DNA of 64,000 bases from Lytechinus pictus (lineage: Eukaryota). Shown one piece after another: positions 62,011 to 64,000 of the stretch (position 1 is its first letter; each line of letters starts with the position of its first letter). Below the pieces are notes generated by a model, which saw only the letters and a program-made list of their open reading frames with translations, ran no database searches and had not been told where the DNA came from. A program made the translations under genes and the position numbers. The DNA lies in contig NC_087245.1 of assembly GCF_037042905.1 (NCBI RefSeq), forward strand, positions 3,846,001 to 3,910,000. The letters run 5' to 3'.

Positions 62011-62457
62011 ACTATGATCTTCTGGTGTTTGTCAATGCTTCATCAATAGTATCAAGTATATGTATTCCCTATCCTGGTTTATCTCCAGTGTCTGGCCAAT
62101 ACTTGACCTTGGAATGCATCCTATAGATAGAGTTCATATCTTAACATGCAGAAGGACATTAATCTTGCATCATGTTCATATTCCAAGGTCCTTTTGCTTT
62201 TAACATGCACATTTCATCTGAGATATCAAGTTCTAGAGCAAAAGGGTGCAAGGAGTCTGTGGGAGGAGGCCGCTAATTTAAGTATTGCCCCTCGGAAGGG
62301 TAATATAATTTCCAAGTGAAGAGGATGTTTGCAATGGGAGGTAGTCCATATGCCAAGAAGGGGTGCGCTATTACCCCCCAGGGATGGTGGTATAGAGGTG
62401 TCTTCAGGGTCATAGACCTGCAAGATAGAGATGATCTGGAAGGATGAACCCTCTTTA

Positions 62458-63335
62458 GGCGGTGCTGCACCATCCCGAGTTTGCTCAATCTCGAGATTTT
62501 AGCCCGATCGGCCCTCTTCGCGATTAATCTCGAGATTCAAGAAACCCCGTCTCCACCATCGCAAGAAGAGCGATTCCTGCTCGAGCAAGGCAACAGGCCC
62601 GATATTCCGAGCATGCACACTTTCGGATCTTGGAGTTTCAGTGGCCCGCGCTTTTGATTAAACTTCCCGCGATATGCAATCAATGTACTCCTTTCACTAG
62701 CACTTTCGCCGAATTCGACCGGTGTAATGCAACAATCCTATCAGCTCAGCCGCTCTCAGCGAGTGAAGAAGTGATGTATATATGATGGCGGAGAAGCCGC
62801 GGAGGAGGCAACGACAGAGAGAGAGAGAGAGAGAGAAGGAGGAAAGAAATGCTATTTGCTCACATTTTGCGAAGGAATAAGACGACACTGCTGTCAGTGT
62901 TGTTATTGACTATGACCATCTAATAATGAGCGCCTCCCCCATCGGTTTGGTCTCTCCCAAAATCCATTCACTGGTGGGACACCATCGTTGCTGATTGGGG
63001 AATTGATGAACGCTATGTGTCTATGTGTTTATGTTCTGACCAAGGCGGAAGTGGAACGCGAATTGCATTATGGACTGACGTCATGAATAAATTACCCCGA
63101 GTCCAATCTCGAGTGCGTCTGCACCTACGAATTAGCGGGATAATTCGTAAAATAGCGCGCTATTTTGCAAATAAACCCGAGTTGACTTGGGATTGCAATC
63201 TCGAGATTAATCCTGCGAACTAGCGCGATAATTGCGTCTCCATTGCCAACAATCTCGAGGTTTTTCAGATCGGGATAATTTGCCGGATCAGAAATAGCGT
63301 GCTAATTTGAAAACTCGGGATGGTGCAGACGGCCC
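62458..63335. mobile_element. Longer copy of the same MITE family in the opposite orientation
   Basis: GGCGGTGCTGCACCATCCCGAG...CTCGGGATGGTGCAGACGGCCC. Both ends are the reverse complement of 60710-61108, with ~480 bp of extra interior including (GA)n. Confidence 0.85.
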
Positions 63336-64000
63336 TTTTGACTCTAAACAATTTTAAGTCAGACTCTACTATTAAAATTGAATGTCAAAGAAGACTTTTT
63401 TGTGATCTAGCAAATAGGGTGTGTTCTAAATATTTTGGTTTTGATTAGACTTGGAGTGAGACTACAGGGTCACCCTGAAAAAGTGTAGATTTCACTCTCT
63501 TACACCAGAAAAAAAATGCCAGTATATATATATATATACTGGTAATCAAATTATATGAATGAGTACATTTATAAATTTCAACAATTTACTTTCAAATATA
63601 AAATGAGTACTCACTAATAAAGGAATAAAGGAAAATACAATTTTTGAATGCAGATGTTCAAATATTTTCTTGATAATTTGTATTTCCCTTCCTGTTGACT
63701 TTGGTGTAAGAGTGTTTCAAATGAATCAGAGAGATTAGAATGAACCTGATGAGTGGGTTAAAGTTTAATATTCATGGAGGTGATATCTAAAGTAAGTGAA
63801 TTATAATTATGGAATATTATCATTAAATTTTAAGGCATACCAGCCCATTCCCATAATACTCTGCTTTAGATCTGCTTGATAAAAGACATTTTTCAATATT
63901 TTGCTAGATTGTCATATTAATAGTAAACATGAATTCCTTTGGAAGAAGTATATTGAATCCTCAAACCTGACTGTTTTTCATAATGAAGTGTGTTTCAGTG

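Noticed and set aside
33700..64000. Numerous 60-120 aa ORFs in the ORF track
   Set aside because: They have low-complexity AT-rich composition, no domain motifs, and many lie within MITEs. They are consistent with chance ORFs.

Overview
AT-rich (roughly 35% GC) animal genomic DNA, not prokaryotic. The repeat landscape suggests a marine invertebrate deuterostome, probably a sea urchin (inference). The + strand carries the 3' part of a TGF-beta/Activin/Nodal type I receptor gene (ALK4/5/7, TGFBR1-like). Its TM/GS exon is 21746-21985 and its kinase exons are 26726-26956, 28381-28548, 29251-29397, 30950-31084, 32241-32371 and 33349-33612, all with GT-AG sites in consistent phase. The signal peptide and ligand-binding exons are not in the window, although a donor-like site sits at position 1/2. 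Two observations stand out. (1) An intact 162-nt phase 1-1 BPTI/Kunitz exon (16658-16819) splices in frame onto the TM exon, implying a type I receptor with a juxtamembrane Kunitz module, possibly as a cassette exon. The receptor also has a ~50-aa Pro-rich tail with ExxxLL and YxxL motifs. (2) The non-coding DNA is saturated with TACATGTA, TACAGTA and TAGGCCTA words. Comparing repeat copies shows that TACATGTA and TACAGTA are insertions at TA sites, matching Tc1/mariner-type excision footprints, and some are stacked at the same TA. Introns hold nested mobile elements: Helentron-type HINE/DINE-like elements, TTAA Kolobok-like and 3-bp-TSD Harbinger-like MITEs, an Academ-like foldback, a decayed Penelope retroelement, an L2 LINE end and tRNA-SINEs sharing that LINE's tail. 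A nearly repeat-free ~8.5 kb after the stop is probably a long 3' UTR. A CpG-rich region at ~43.1-43.7 kb is probably the promoter and first exon of the next, unidentified gene. All counts and alignments were made by eye.
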